NCBI GenBank assembly: GCA_963758525.1
Contig: CAVWVQ010000002.1
Location: 64,001-128,000 of the forward strand
Source: an uncultured Phycisphaerales bacterium
Lineage (GTDB): Bacteria; Planctomycetota; Phycisphaerae; Tepidisphaerales; Tepidisphaeraceae
Length of the DNA stretch: 64,000 nucleotides
Direction of reading: 5' to 3'
Both the position numbers and the translations under genes were made by a program. Within the stretch, counting starts at the first letter, position 1. Each line of letters opens with the position of its first letter. Of the stretch, positions 19,366-30,954 are shown piece by piece. The notes beneath the pieces are model-generated. The model was not told the DNA's origin. It saw only the letters and a list, made by a program, of their open reading frames with translations, and searched no databases.

Positions 19366-20132
19366 TCAGTGCTTGAAACCCTGCAGCGTGACGTAGGCGA
19401 GATATCCGAAGACGCCAACGGCAGCCAGGGCCGCGATCGACAGCACGATCGCAATGGTTAGTAGCGTCGTAAATCGTTTTCCCTGGCCGTTCAGGATGCG
19501 CTGCAGTTCGCCATCGCGGTTGCTCAGGTTGTCGCGCATCTGCTGGAGAACCTGCGTGCTGGTCTTGGAATGTTCGCTGACGGTTTCCATTGCGGAGCCG
19601 ACGCTGCCGAGGTTCTCCGAAATCTTTTGGTCGTGGCCGCGCATGGCCTGGACGTGGTCCTGCATGGTCTCGAGCACTCGGCCGTGCTCAGTCCCGGATT
19701 CGCCGATCTTCTCGAGGATCTCGCCCAGCTTCTGCTGCTGAGCCGATTGCCCCTGCATCTGCTGCTGAATCGCCTCCAGCGTCTCGGCCTGCAAGCGGCT
19801 GGTTTCGGGAAGTGATTGCAATGCCTGCGGAAGGTGAGAAAGGTATTGCAGCAGTTCATCCTGCCGTTGCGACTGGCGTTCCATGTTGTCGCGGATGGAG
19901 GTCATCAAGTCGCCGAGCGCCGCGATTCCGCCCTGCACGTTTTCGATTGCCTGATCGCGTTTCGCCCAGGGCCGCAGGAATGTGCTGCGCTGCTCGACAG
20001 GGCGCCCAGTGCGGTTGTCGCGCCGGACTCGCCGTTCTTGTCGTGAGCCTGCCCGATCGGATCGTTCTCCAGACGGGTGGCGTGTTTGAACCAGCTTCCG
20101 ATGCGGTTGATAATCGTGTTCGGCTCAGTCAT
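19366..20132 (-). CDS. Hypothetical coiled-coil protein with C-terminal TM anchor (frameshift near 19990)
   Basis: MTEPNTIINRIGSWFK... joins the Gln-rich helical ORF 19366-19938, which ends in a TM helix. Confidence 0.65.
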
Positions 20133-20213
20133 GGCTCCATCCTTGTGTTTCGATGCCCTGATGCTGCGCGTTGGTTTGACAGCCTCACCTGCCAACTCTA
20201 ACATCCGCGCGCG

Positions 20214-21104
20214 ATGGGTCAACGACCGTCCCGGCCCGCAATCAAACTTTTTCTGCTTCTGGTATCGTCGTGGGGAATCGTCATCGCGGGCTGCGACCGA
20301 CGCGAGGTTCCACCGCGAGTGACCACTGGCGCCGCGGCTCCAACGGTTGTGTCGCTCGTCCCGGCGGCAACTGATCTGATTGTCGCAATGGGGGCCGCGG
20401 ATCACCTCGTGGGCGTCAGCAATTACGATCAGAATCCGCAGGTCAGCAACATCCGCCGGGTCGGCGATTACCTGACGACCGATTGGGAGCGGATCGTGGA
20501 GCTTCAGCCGCGGATTATCATCACGCAGTATGCCCCGGGGCGGACGCCGACTGGATTTGAGGAGCACGTTCGGGCGATCGGGAGCCGGCAGGAAAATCTG
20601 CACATCGATAGGGTCGATGACATTTTTGCCGCCCTGACTCGGCTTGGGGAAATTTGCGCCGAACCGCGGAAGGCGGACGCCGCGTCAAAGCGTCTGCAGC
20701 TTCAGTTGCAGATCATCAGACAGCGGACGGCTCCGATGGCTCCGACGCCAGCCTTAATCGTCGTGGACGAATCCGGTCAAAACGCCGCAGGCCCGCGAAC
20801 ATTTCTGGACGACCTGCTCACAATCGCCGGCGGAAGAAATGTCATTGATTCTTCGTCGCCTCCCTGGCCGGCGGTGGACAGGGAAACGCTCATCACTCTT
20901 GCGCCGCAAGTGATTATCCAGCTCCTGCCGGACGCATCTGCGCAAATTCGCGACGAGGCGATGCGTAATTGGAATACGTTGCCCTATTTGCCAGCCGTGC
21001 GAAATCACCGCATCATTCAGTTGACGGGGAGCGACGTGCTGCTTCCCGGGTATCACGTGGGAAATTTGGCCCAACAGTTTGAGCAGGCGCTGCATCGAGA
21101 ATGA
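20214..21104 (+). CDS. ABC substrate-binding lipoprotein, cobalamin/Fe-siderophore (BtuF-like)
   Basis: Lipobox IAGC, VVSLVPAATD, LVGVSNYD, ERIVELQP, PAVRNHRI. Confidence 0.85.
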   Translation: MGQRPSRPAIKLFLLLVSSWGIVIAGCDRREVPPRVTTGAAAPTVVSLVPAATDLIVAMGAADHLVGVSNYDQNPQVSNIRRVGDYLTTDWERIVELQPRIIITQYAPGRTPTGFEEHVRAIGSRQENLHIDRVDDIFAALTRLGEICAEPRKADAASKRLQLQLQIIRQRTAPMAPTPALIVVDESGQNAAGPRTFLDDLLTIAGGRNVIDSSSPPWPAVDRETLITLAPQVIIQLLPDASAQIRDEAMRNWNTLPYLPAVRNHRIIQLTGSDVLLPGYHVGNLAQQFEQALHRE

Positions 21105-22113
21105 AACAATGGAATCTTCCCCGATTGCTGCTCTCGCTCCTGACGAGCCTGCTCGTCTGGGCGATGCCCGCGTTGCTGTGCATGTGTGTTGGGTCCAACG
21201 GACAGTTCGGCTGGCCGGGCGACGCTCGCGTGCGCGCGTTTCGGTTTGAGAGCGTTGGCGTGGCGTCGCTGGTTGGCGCGTCGCTTGCCGCGGCGGGCGT
21301 TGTCTATCAGGCAATTCTTCGCAATCCGCTGGCCGATCCTTATTTGCTTGGCGTCAGCAGCGGAGCTTCGCTCATGGCGTACATTTGGGGATTCCAATTC
21401 GCCAACAGCCTCTTCGGCGCGACGCTGGTGGCGCTGGGTCAGCAGGCGTTTGCATTTGCGGGTGCGCTGGGCGCCGTCGGCATCGTACTGACGCTCGCCA
21501 GCAGGCGCGGGAGAATGCAGCCGGTGACGCTGCTGCTGGTCGGTGTCATTGTCAACGCGATCGCCGGATCATTGTTTCTGATGCTCAACGCGATGCGCCC
21601 GAACGCCTCGCGGGCACCGGCTCGGCGCTGGCGTTTCTCGTGGGCGGGATTCAGACCAATCTCAGCGGCGCGCAGAAAATGTTTGCCGCGACGTGCGCAG
21701 CGGCGGGTTGGCTTGTACTTTTGTACATCACCGGCCAGCTCAACGTCGCCGGGCTCAGCGAGCCCGAGGCCGAGGCTTTGGGCGTGCGGATTCATCGCCT
21801 GCGCTGGGTGGCTCTGGGCGTGGCGTCGATCGTCACGGCCGCGGGAGTCGCGGTCAGCGGGCCGATCGGATTCGTCGGATTGATCTGCCCGCATCTGGCG
21901 CGATCGATCGTCGGGCGCGATCATCGCCGGCTGCTTCCCATCGCAACCGCGTGCGGGGCCGCGCTGCTTCCGCTGGCGGACGCGGGCTCGCGTCTTTTTT
22001 CCAGCACGGGCAGGACGCTGCTCCCAGTCGGCGTTCTCACCTCGCTGCTCGGCGGACCGTTCTTTCTGTACCTTCTCTGGCGCAATCGCGCCGACCCCGG
22101 GATTGCCAACTGA
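21101..22113 (+). CDS. FecCD/BtuC family permease (frameshift near 21600)
   Basis: QAILRNPLADPYLLGVSSGA; EAEALGV, GPIGFVGLICPH, LPVGVLTSLLGGPFF. Confidence 0.88.
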
Positions 22114-22114
22114 C

Positions 22115-22912
22115 ATGCTGCTGTCTGCCTCTCATCTGGACGTTTCCTACGGTCGTCATGCAGCGCTGGCGGACGTCTCGTTCGCGATTGCCGCGGGCGA
22201 AGTCGTTGCTCTGCTGGGCCCCAACGGCAGCGGCAAGAGCACGCTGCTGCGAACGCTTCTGCGGCAGCTTCCTTCCAGCGGATCGATCGAGTGGCACGGC
22301 AGGCCCCTGGCGCAATGGCCGATGCCCGAGCTGGCGCGGAAAGTCGCGTATCTGGCGCAGCTCCCCGCTTGGGAGTCGGGACAAACGGTGGGTGAAACGC
22401 TGCGCCTCGGCCGAGCCCCATATCTGCGGGCCTTTGGCGTCGAATCGAAACATGACATGAAGGTCATTGCCGACATCACGAGCCGTCTTGGGCTCGACAA
22501 GCTGGTCCATCGTCCTCTTGAAAGTCTTTCCGGCGGCCAGCGGCAGCGGGTGTTCGTCGCGCGGTGTCTGATCCAGGAACCCGAGGCGCTGCTCCTGGAT
22601 GAGCCCAGCACGCATCTCGATCTAAAGCACCAGGTCGAGTTGGGAGAACTGCTCCGTTCGCTTTCGCGCGAACAGGGTCTGGCAGTGTTGATGGCGTCGC
22701 ACGATCTGAATCTCGCCGGCGCGTTTGCGGATCGGCTGCTTCTGCTTCACGATGGGAAGCTTGTTGCGGATGGGGCGCCGGCGCAGGTGCTGCACCCGAC
22801 TGTGCTCGAACCGGTCTATGGCGTCGCATTGATGCGGATCGAGACGCCTGGTCACGCGACGCCGGTTATTGCCCCTATCTTCTCCAAGGGCCCGCGGAAC
22901 CTGCCAACCTAG
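22115..22912 (+). CDS. ABC ATP-binding protein (FecE/BtuD-like)
   Basis: GPNGSGKST, LSGGQRQR, LLLDEPSTHLD, HDLNLA. Confidence 0.92.
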   Translation: MLLSASHLDVSYGRHAALADVSFAIAAGEVVALLGPNGSGKSTLLRTLLRQLPSSGSIEWHGRPLAQWPMPELARKVAYLAQLPAWESGQTVGETLRLGRAPYLRAFGVESKHDMKVIADITSRLGLDKLVHRPLESLSGGQRQRVFVARCLIQEPEALLLDEPSTHLDLKHQVELGELLRSLSREQGLAVLMASHDLNLAGAFADRLLLLHDGKLVADGAPAQVLHPTVLEPVYGVALMRIETPGHATPVIAPIFSKGPRNLPT

Positions 22913-22937
22913 AGCAGTTCTCGGGTTGGATGTGCCG

Positions 22938-22994
22938 TTGTGGTGCGGGCTTCCAGCCTGCTCCTTAGAGTCAGGCTGGAAGCCCGCAACACAA
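22938..22994. repeat. REP-like inverted doublet (single copies at ~17369-17391 and ~46347-46369)
   Basis: TTGTGGTGCGGGCTTCCAGCCTG / CAGGCTGGAAGCCCGCAACACAA. Confidence 0.8.
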
Positions 22995-23141
22995 TGGGCC
23001 GCCACTCCAAGCTGAAAACTGCCCCGATGCCGTGGTTTTTCACGGAAAAATCTTTTCTTTCCCCTGTCCGGATTTCTTCAACGCCACCATCCGGGTTTGG
23101 TAACTGCTTGTGTCCAACTGGACAACAGCTCAAGTCGTATC

Positions 23142-24965
23142 ATGCGTGTTGACCGAGTCAAAAGATGGCAGTGGATTCTGATCGGCCTGGCGATTGGGCT
23201 GGTGCTGGCGTATCTGCAGTTGTCGTTGGGGCCTGAAGGCTTTGTCTTTGCCGGACAACACAGTTCCGTCGGGCAGGAGGAGTTTGAACGGGCGATCGCG
23301 CATCCGCCGATTCAAGGGAATCCGGTTGTCAAAAACTTGCGCGTCTATCCGGACGGCAACAAATTTCTGGTCGAGTTTTCCTACCTCCAGCATTTGGGCG
23401 ATCCGAAAAATCCGCTCAAGAACGGGTATCGGGACTGCGTTCTGACCACGGACGTGCCGTTTCAACCCGTGGCTGATTTGACCAAGACGGTGAACGTCGG
23501 CATTCACCCCGCGATGTCTTGGCGCAAGTCAAAGACGCCGGGATTGGTCAAGGTCAACATGTGGCCTCGCCCGGCGACCGCGCAATTTACCGGTTGGAAA
23601 ATCGCGGATGGCGGCGCAGCCGACCCGGGCGCCGACGGGCAGGTGGTCATGGCATTGCGTGCCGCCGACTACAAGTTCACGCTCTCTGCCTTGGGCGCGA
23701 CTGCGGCGCAGGTTGGGCAGTTGTCGATCAAGCTGAACGATCATCCGCTTGCGCCGCTGACCCTGGCGCCACCGGTGGCGGGCATGGCGCTCTGGCAAAC
23801 GACGCTGCCGGGCAGCGCGTTCGTAAAAGCCGACCGACAGGTGCTGCATGTCTCGCGCGGCGCGCAACCCGTCGCCATTCAAGAGATCCGTCTGCTGGAC
23901 CCGACCTATACGGTCGTCGATTATCTGCGCGAGATGGCGCTGCAGCACCCGCAGGCCGCCTATCACGTCGGCTGGTGGACGCAGCCCCGGGCGTTAATCC
24001 TGCTGTGGACAATTGGCTGCGTCGTGCTCGTTGGCGGCGTCTGGCCGACGATCATCCGGTTGATCAACGGAAGCCCGCCGCAACCCGCTCCCGCCGAGCC
24101 GCAGGCCCTTCTCAACGCGTCTCCTGCTGCCCCTGCGCCGCCGCTGAAGCCGGCGACTGATTTCGCCTTCAGCAATGATGAACGAGAAGAAGTGGTCGGC
24201 GCGCAAGCCGCCGTGAGCGGTCACGCCGCGGCCGGGTTGGAGGATCGCGTGCCCGCATTCTCGAACGCGCCGCTGCCGGAGCCTGTTTCCGCTACGGCAA
24301 CAATGTCCAAGCCCGAGAAGAAGGATTTCAAGGGGGCGTATTACCCCGTTCGTCGAAGAGCCTCTGAAGGGTTTTCCCTCGTCGAATTGCTCGTGGTGAT
24401 CGGCATTATCGCAATGCTGTTGGCGCTTCTCATGCCGTCACTGGCACGCGCGCGGCAGGAGTCGCAGCGGGTGCAATGCATGTCGAACATGCGCCAGGTG
24501 GGTTTGCTGCTGCTGAATTACTCCAACGCCTGGAAGGGTCCGATGTTTCCGCCGCTGCTGGGAGACAGTCAGCCGGTGACCAATCGCTGGCCCGTCTTTG
24601 TCTTCGATCCGCCGGTTTACAATCCTCCGATCATGACCTGCCCCAGTGACATGGAGCCGATGGACGAGCACACCTATCTCTGCAACAGCCATCTGACCGA
24701 GCTTCATGTGACCTATTCGAACACGCAGGCATTTGGCGTAACGCCCTCTGAAGTCATCGTCATGGGAGAGAAAACATCGACGATGCCCGATTACTACATG
24801 GACTCGGTGGCTGGCGATTACACCACCAAGGTGGACTTTTACAAGCACGGCCCGCAGATCGGGTCAAACTATCTCTATCTGGATCTTCACGTCGAAACGA
24901 ATACGAAAAAGACATCGGTCGCGGATATCGATCCGTGGGATCCGACCGTTCCCGCGGCACCGTAG
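23142..24965 (+). CDS. Membrane protein fused to a prepilin-type N-methylation / DUF1559-like domain
   Basis: Two TM segments, then internal RRRASEG|FSLVELLVVIGIIAMLLALLMPSLARAR...CMSNMRQ, CPSD, and H...SNYLYLDLH. Confidence 0.8.
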   Translation: MRVDRVKRWQWILIGLAIGLVLAYLQLSLGPEGFVFAGQHSSVGQEEFERAIAHPPIQGNPVVKNLRVYPDGNKFLVEFSYLQHLGDPKNPLKNGYRDCVLTTDVPFQPVADLTKTVNVGIHPAMSWRKSKTPGLVKVNMWPRPATAQFTGWKIADGGAADPGADGQVVMALRAADYKFTLSALGATAAQVGQLSIKLNDHPLAPLTLAPPVAGMALWQTTLPGSAFVKADRQVLHVSRGAQPVAIQEIRLLDPTYTVVDYLREMALQHPQAAYHVGWWTQPRALILLWTIGCVVLVGGVWPTIIRLINGSPPQPAPAEPQALLNASPAAPAPPLKPATDFAFSNDEREEVVGAQAAVSGHAAAGLEDRVPAFSNAPLPEPVSATATMSKPEKKDFKGAYYPVRRRASEGFSLVELLVVIGIIAMLLALLMPSLARARQESQRVQCMSNMRQVGLLLLNYSNAWKGPMFPPLLGDSQPVTNRWPVFVFDPPVYNPPIMTCPSDMEPMDEHTYLCNSHLTELHVTYSNTQAFGVTPSEVIVMGEKTSTMPDYYMDSVAGDYTTKVDFYKHGPQIGSNYLYLDLHVETNTKKTSVADIDPWDPTVPAAP

Positions 24966-25255
24966 AAGAGTGAGCGAGGGAATTTTTTTTCCAAGGCGCT
25001 GTGCCCGTTATCTGCCATGCGAAGCAGCGGAAGGCGCCGCGGCTTCGCAGCGCGAACACTCAAAACTCACTCGCCCGCCGAACGAACTTCCGCGACCCGC
25101 GCCGAGCAACTTGCGGTGCACGCGCGTTATTGCGCCACCCCCCCTCCCGGAGTACCGGGAGAGGGGGTGGCGCGCGGGGACGGTCGTGGAGTCGTGCACC
25201 CGCAACCCCCTCCGAGATTGTGACTCCGCTCTCCTGTCACTACACTTTGCATGCG

Positions 25256-26424
25256 ATGAAAATTCACGAATATCAGGCGCGTCAAATTCTCTCCGATGCA
25301 GGCATTCCCGTTCCTTCCGCCGAGGTCGTTCGCTCGGTCGATGAGGCAGCGGCGGCGTTCAAGCAGTTCAACATGCCAATGTGCGTTGTGAAGGCGCAGG
25401 TGTACGCAGGCGGGCGCGGAAAGGCGGGCTTCGTCAAGCTGGTCAAATCCGCTGAAGAGGCGCGGGCGGCGGCGAAGTTCATGCTGAACAATCGCATGAC
25501 CAGCTATCAGACCGGGCCGGAGGGCGTGCCCGTATCGGTGCTGATCGTCGCGCCCGGCGTCGACATCGCCAGGGAATATTACCTGGGAATCACCATCGAT
25601 CGCAGCCGCAACACGGTCACGATGATCGCCTCGGCAGAGGGCGGCGTGGATATCGAAGAGGTCGCCAGGAAGTCGCCGGAAAAAGTGCTGAAGGAGCCGT
25701 TTCATCCGCTTCTGGGCCTGCAGGGATATCAGGCGCGCGATCTCGCCTACAAGCTGGGCTTCAAAGATAAGATGGCCGGCGAAGCTGCCAAGCTGATGAT
25801 GAACCTCGCGAAAGTCGCCCTGAAAACGGACGCGTCGCTGGCGGAGATCAATCCGCTGGTGGTCACGAAGGAAGGGAAGCTTCTCGCGATCGACGCCAAG
25901 ATCAACTTCGACGACAACGCGATGTTTCGTCATCCCGACATCAACGCGATGGCCGACGAATCGCAGGAGCGCCCCTGGACGTTCGCGCCCACAAAGCAAG
26001 TCTCAACTACATCGCGCTGGACGGAACCATCGGATGCCTCGTCAACGGAGCCGGCCTGGCGATGGCCACCATGGACATCATCAAGCTGCACGGCGCCGAG
26101 CCTGCGAATTTTCTGGATGTCGGCGGCTCCGTCACGTCAGAGGGCGCGATCGAAGCCTTTCGCATCATCCTTTCCGACCCGAAGGTCAAGGGCATTCTCG
26201 TCAATATCTTCGGCGGAATCGCCAAGTGCGACCTCATTGCCGAAGCCCTGGTGCTGGCGGGGAAGGAAGTCGGATTCCAAGTGCCGGTTGTTGTCCGGCT
26301 CGAAGGAACCAACGTCGAAAAAGCGCGCGAAATTCTCAAGGCCGCCAAGGGCGACATGCCAACGCTGCAAACGGCATCGGATCTGACCGACGCGGCGAAG
26401 AAGGTGGTTGCCGCGGTTCAGTAA
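25256..26424 (+). CDS. sucC: Succinyl-CoA synthetase beta subunit (frameshift near 25975)
   Basis: [62 protein letters not shown]. Confidence 0.95.
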
Positions 26425-26442
26425 GCGGCGCGAGCCGGTTCC

Positions 26443-26567
26443 GCGATCTTCGTCGATCTCAAATCTGAAATTTCAAATCTCCTGCGATCTTCTCCGATCT
26501 CAAATTCTGAAATTTCAAATCGCCTGCGATCTTCTCCGATCTCAAATTCTGAAATTTCAAATCGCCT
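26443..26567. repeat. Three tandem 41-42-bp repeats
   Basis: GCGATCTTCTCCGATCTCAAATTCTGAAATTTCAAATCGCCT x3; the first copy is slightly divergent; no spacers. Confidence 0.9.
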
Positions 26568-27732
26568 AATGCTCCGGCAGCACCTCAATCAACTTGTCCA
26601 TCTGCTCGTCGGTGTTGTAAAAATGCGGAGAGACCCGCAATCGCCCCTCGCGCAGGGCAATTTCCGTCTGATGCTTTCGCAGCCGCTGGATGATCTCCTG
26701 GTGATTGAGCGTCGGTGAAACGAAGCTAACGATCCCGCTCCAGTCGAAATTGCTGCGCGGACTGACCACCTGATACCCCTTCATCATCAGGCCGAGAATC
26801 AGACGATCGGTGAGGAGTTTGAGCCGTTGGGCGATCAGATCGACGCCAATGCCTTTCAGCAGTTCAAGCGAAACCTTCAGCGCCAGCAGCCCCGGCACGT
26901 TTAAGCTGCCGCATTCGAACCGCCCGGCGTCGGGACGGAGCGTGTAGTCGTAATTGCCGTAGTTCTGGGCATCGACGACATTCATCCAGCCGATCATCAG
27001 CGGGCGGGTGCGCTCCAGCAGATCGCGCCGGCAGTAGAAGATACCGGCGCCCTCGGGACCGAGCAGCCATTTGTGACCGTCGGCTGAGAGGTAGTCGATG
27101 TTCATCGCCTGCACGTCGAGCGGGATCGCGCCCAATGACTGGATCGCATCGACGCAGAAATACTTGTTGTTCTCCCTGCAGTATTTTCCGATGACCGCCA
27201 GATCGTGACGCTGGCCGCTGGCGTACTCGACGTGAGAGAGCGTGACCACCTTGGTCTTCGGATCCCTGGCTTCTTCGAGAATCTTCTCCAGCGGAACATA
27301 ACGCCGCCCGGCGGCATCGGATTCCTCCGGCACCATCACGAGCTTTACGCCGCGGTTGCGAACCTGCTCCATCCAGGGGTAGATGTTGGCCGGATACTCG
27401 ATGGCGGTGGTCACCACGCGATCCCCCCACTGCCAGTCGATGCCGTTGGCCACGATGCTGATTCCTTCGCTTGTGTTTTTCACGAAGGCAACCTCATCGC
27501 GATGCGCGCCGATGAGCTCGGCGGCCGAGATGCGCAGCGACTCGATGTCGCGATACCACTGCGAATGCAGATACGCCGACTGCTCGGCCCGTTCGGCGTA
27601 AGCGCGAATCGCCTTGGCGCCGACGTGCGGAAGCGGCGCGACCCCCGCGTGGTTGAAGAACTGCCATTGGGACAGAATCGGAAATGCCCGGGAGTTTCCG
27701 ACGAGGGCGTGAATGTTTTCTCCAACGCTCAT
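26566..27732 (-). CDS. Aminotransferase class V (cysteine desulfurase/selenocysteine lyase-like)
   Basis: FNHAGVAP, KNTSEG, VDAIQSLG, ADGHKWLLGPEG, RVSPHFYNT. Confidence 0.88.
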   Translation of the reverse strand: MSVGENIHALVGNSRAFPILSQWQFFNHAGVAPLPHVGAKAIRAYAERAEQSAYLHSQWYRDIESLRISAAELIGAHRDEVAFVKNTSEGISIVANGIDWQWGDRVVTTAIEYPANIYPWMEQVRNRGVKLVMVPEESDAAGRRYVPLEKILEEARDPKTKVVTLSHVEYASGQRHDLAVIGKYCRENNKYFCVDAIQSLGAIPLDVQAMNIDYLSADGHKWLLGPEGAGIFYCRRDLLERTRPLMIGWMNVVDAQNYGNYDYTLRPDAGRFECGSLNVPGLLALKVSLELLKGIGVDLIAQRLKLLTDRLILGLMMKGYQVVSPRSNFDWSGIVSFVSPTLNHQEIIQRLRKHQTEIALREGRLRVSPHFYNTDEQMDKLIEVLPEH

Positions 27733-27838
27733 GTTTGGTTCGCGTATCGTATAATAACTGGCGGCGGGCAAGCCCGTCCCGCTCAGCGGTTTTTCCCGCT
27801 CAGTTGAACCTGACCCGACGGAAAGGCTTCGATTCGGC

Positions 27839-30470
27839 ATGCTCTCCACGCTTTCGCGTCAGCGCCTCCCGCTTCTCGCGGCGCCGCTGACATTACTTAT
27901 AGCATCGATGTTGACTCGGGTCGTCCAGGCTGACCCGCAAGACATCGTCCGTAACGCAATTCCCCAGAGCTGGCTCACTCCGTTCTTACCCGAAGACCTG
28001 CCCGCCCTGCAATACCCCACTTACTATAACGACCTTGATAAAGCGCAGGCGCAGGCGTTTCACGGCCGGTACCGCCAGGCGCTGATCACGCTCGGACAGA
28101 TTCACGCGCAACAGCCACAGCAGCAGATTTTGGCCGCCCGCACCCGCGCCACGGCGCTGGCGGCTCTTGGTGAATTTGATTCGGCGCTGGACGTGCTCGG
28201 CAGGACGCCCGCGTCGAACGACCCCGCCGCGCAAATCCTGCGGGTTCAATTGCTGAGCAAACTCGACCGCGTTGATGAGGCGCAGGCGATTCTGGTCAGA
28301 CTCCTCGTCGACCATCCTGACTCCATCGGCGCGCACTATTGGCTCGGCGTCGTCCTCGAGAAGCTTGGCAAGACAACGGAAGCGTCGCGCGCCTACGCCT
28401 GGTTTGCAGAAAAGCCCCAGGCGTTTCTGGAGAAATGGCAGAGCGGCGCGCAGGGGCCGTTTGAAGATGCGCAGAACGTCACGTGGATCGGCCAGGCGAT
28501 CGATCGCTGGGCTGCGCTCACCGAGGCGTATCGCAATAATCCGGCGCTTGACCGCACCATTTTGGGAATTTTCGTCCGCGTCTATGACGAAATCGATCGC
28601 GAGTTCTGGCCGGCCCATCTCGCGGCGGCGGAATACTTTGCCTCGCACGACCAGCGCAAGGAGGCGATGCAGGAACTCGGCGCCGCGCTCGAAGCGAACC
28701 CCTGTTATGAACCGACGTGGAACCGCCTGAGCCGGTTGAAGCTGCAGGAGTTTGATTTCGACTCGGCCGACGGGTGCGTCGATGAGATGCGGGCGGTCAA
28801 CCCCGACTCCACCGCGGCCGATCTGCTGGCGGCGCGAAGCTTCCTCGCGCAGCGCCGCCCGGAGGAGGCCGCGCCGATCGTCGAGCGCGTGTTGATGGTT
28901 CTGCCTCACGACCTCGAGGCGCTGGGTCTGGCAGCGGCCACCAGCGCATTGCAGTTGAAGGACGAACAGACCGCCGAGATTCTCGCGCGCGTCGACAAAA
29001 TCGATCCTAATAATGCGACCGCCTGCTTTGAGGTGGCTGAGCAACTGGGCGCAATGCGGCAATACCCGCGCGCCGCCGAGAAATACAAGATCGCCATTGC
29101 CAGAGCCCCCTGGTGGACATCGGCTCAAAACGGCCTGGGCCTGCTGTATACCCAGAGCGGCGATGAAGCCGACGCGCACGTCGTGCTGAACGCGGCACAC
29201 GAGCTGGATCCATTCAATCTTGCAACCACCAATTACCTGCGCCTCCTGGACATGATGGACGGATTTGCGCAAAAAGAATCGGCGCATTTCATCGTGATGT
29301 ACGATGCCAAAGCCGACCCGGTGATTCCTGAGTACTTCAGCGAATATCTGGAGAGCGTGCAGGCCGACATCTGCGCAGTTTCACTACACGCCGCCGCTCA
29401 AAACCTATATTGAAGTCTTTCCGACGCACGACGCGTTCTCGGTGCGGACGACGGGCTCACCCTGGATCGGCACCGTCGGCGCCAGCACCGGCCGGGTGAT
29501 CGCGCTGGTGTCGCCGCGCGGTGGCGAAGGAACGCTGGGCACGTTCAACTGGTCGCAGGTTCTCCGTCACGAATACACTCACACCGTAACGCTTGGCGCA
29601 ACCGACAATCGCATTCAGCACTGGATGACCGAAGGATTGGCGGTCAATGAAGAGAACGCGCCGATGCGATGGGAATGGGTGCCGATGCTGTATCAGGCGG
29701 TGAAGGGCCACGCGCTGTTTCCGCTGGACAAGCTCACCTGGGCTTTCGTCCGTCCGAAGCGCCCGATCGACCGGCAGCTTGCGTATGCCGAGTCATTCTG
29801 GATCTGCAAATACGTCGAGGAGATTTACGGCCACGACGCGATCCTGCGGATGCTCGACGATTGCCGCAACGCACTGCCGCAGGAACGGTTCTTTCCAAAG
29901 GAAACCGGCCGATCGATGCCGCAGTTCCAGGCCGATTTCTTTGCCTGGTGCGACAAGCAGATCGCGACGTGGGGCTACGACAAGCAATCCAGCGAAAAAT
30001 ACGCAACGCTGCGCGAGGAAGCTGACATGCTCCTGAAATCGCGCGACTACCCCGGTGCTGCCAGGAAGTGGGAGCAAATCGCGGCGATTCGTCCCGTCGA
30101 CGCCCTGCCGCACCAGCGGCTCGCGGGAATCTACCTCTCCAAGGAGCTGCGCGATCCGGAAAAGGCAATCGAGCAGCTCTCGATTCTTGAGAAAGTGGAG
30201 TTGAAGGACAATCGCTACGCGAAGCGTATCGCCCGGCTCTGTCGCGACGAGGGAAAATGGAGCGACGAAGCGCGCTATGCGCTCACGGCCGTGTACATCG
30301 ATCCCTACGACACCTCGGCTCACGAACTACTTGCCGGCGCGTGTGAGAAGACTGGCGATCAGAAGGGATTGGAGCGGGAACGGCGGGTGATGGATGTTCT
30401 GGCGAAGTGGAAGGAAGCGCAGACAACGCCGGACGCAAGCGGAGGCGGCAAACCTGCGCCGGGCAGCTAA
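27839..30470 (+). CDS. Secreted TPR-repeat protein with zinc metallopeptidase (HExxH) domain (frameshift near 29380)
   Basis: Signal peptide, many TPR-like helices, VLRHEYTH...WMTEGLA gluzincin motif. Confidence 0.8.
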
Positions 30471-30539
30471 ATTCATAGCGGTCAAATACCAATTCACTTG
30501 CTGCGCGCGGCTTCGATCGCGGGTTGTTAGGATACCGTG

Positions 30540-30827
30540 ATGGATGCATCGCCGCTCACACTCCGCCAATTTCAGAAGCACATTGCCGGCCGATACGAGG
30601 CGCAAGATCGCGCCCGCGGCACGCCGAAAACGTTTATGTGGTTCGTGGAGGAAGTCGGCGAGCTTTCCACCGCACTGAACGCCGGCGACGACCCGGCCAA
30701 CATTCGCGAAGAGTTCGCCGATGTTTTTGCATGGTTGTGCACGCTTGCCAACATCAACGATGTCGATCTGGCCGAGGCCGTCGCAGAGAAATATCTCGGG
30801 GACCAGCCGCCGCAGGGCGTGAAGTAG
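30540..30827 (+). CDS. MazG-like nucleotide pyrophosphohydrolase
   Basis: WFVEEVGEL...EEFADVFAWLCTLAN...KY. Confidence 0.88.
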   Translation: MDASPLTLRQFQKHIAGRYEAQDRARGTPKTFMWFVEEVGELSTALNAGDDPANIREEFADVFAWLCTLANINDVDLAEAVAEKYLGDQPPQGVK

Positions 30828-30831
30828 GGGT

Positions 30832-30901
30832 GGTGATTGGTGATTGGAACGTGACTCGATCTGCCATCCCCGGCTTCGTCACGTTCCAATCACCAATCAC
30901 C
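30832..30901. repeat. 24-bp perfect inverted repeat built on a GGTGATT heptamer (one arm recurs at 34318-34341)
   Basis: GGTGATTGGTGATTGGAACGTGAC / GTCACGTTCCAATCACCAATCACC. Confidence 0.85.
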
Positions 30902-30954
30902 CGCCCCGGTATCACCGCTTCTGAATTCCGGAGCCACATGTTAGAGTAAACTCA

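Noticed and set aside
20133..20213. Cobalamin riboswitch before the BtuF-like gene
   Set aside because: The intergenic gap is only ~80 bp and has no B12-box.
26443..26567. Three ~42-bp repeats as a CRISPR array
   Set aside because: Units are directly adjacent with no unique spacers, and no cas genes are in the window.
30540..30827. MazG or YhaM-like genes as an anti-phage system
   Set aside because: Both sit in housekeeping context with no recognisable defence partners.
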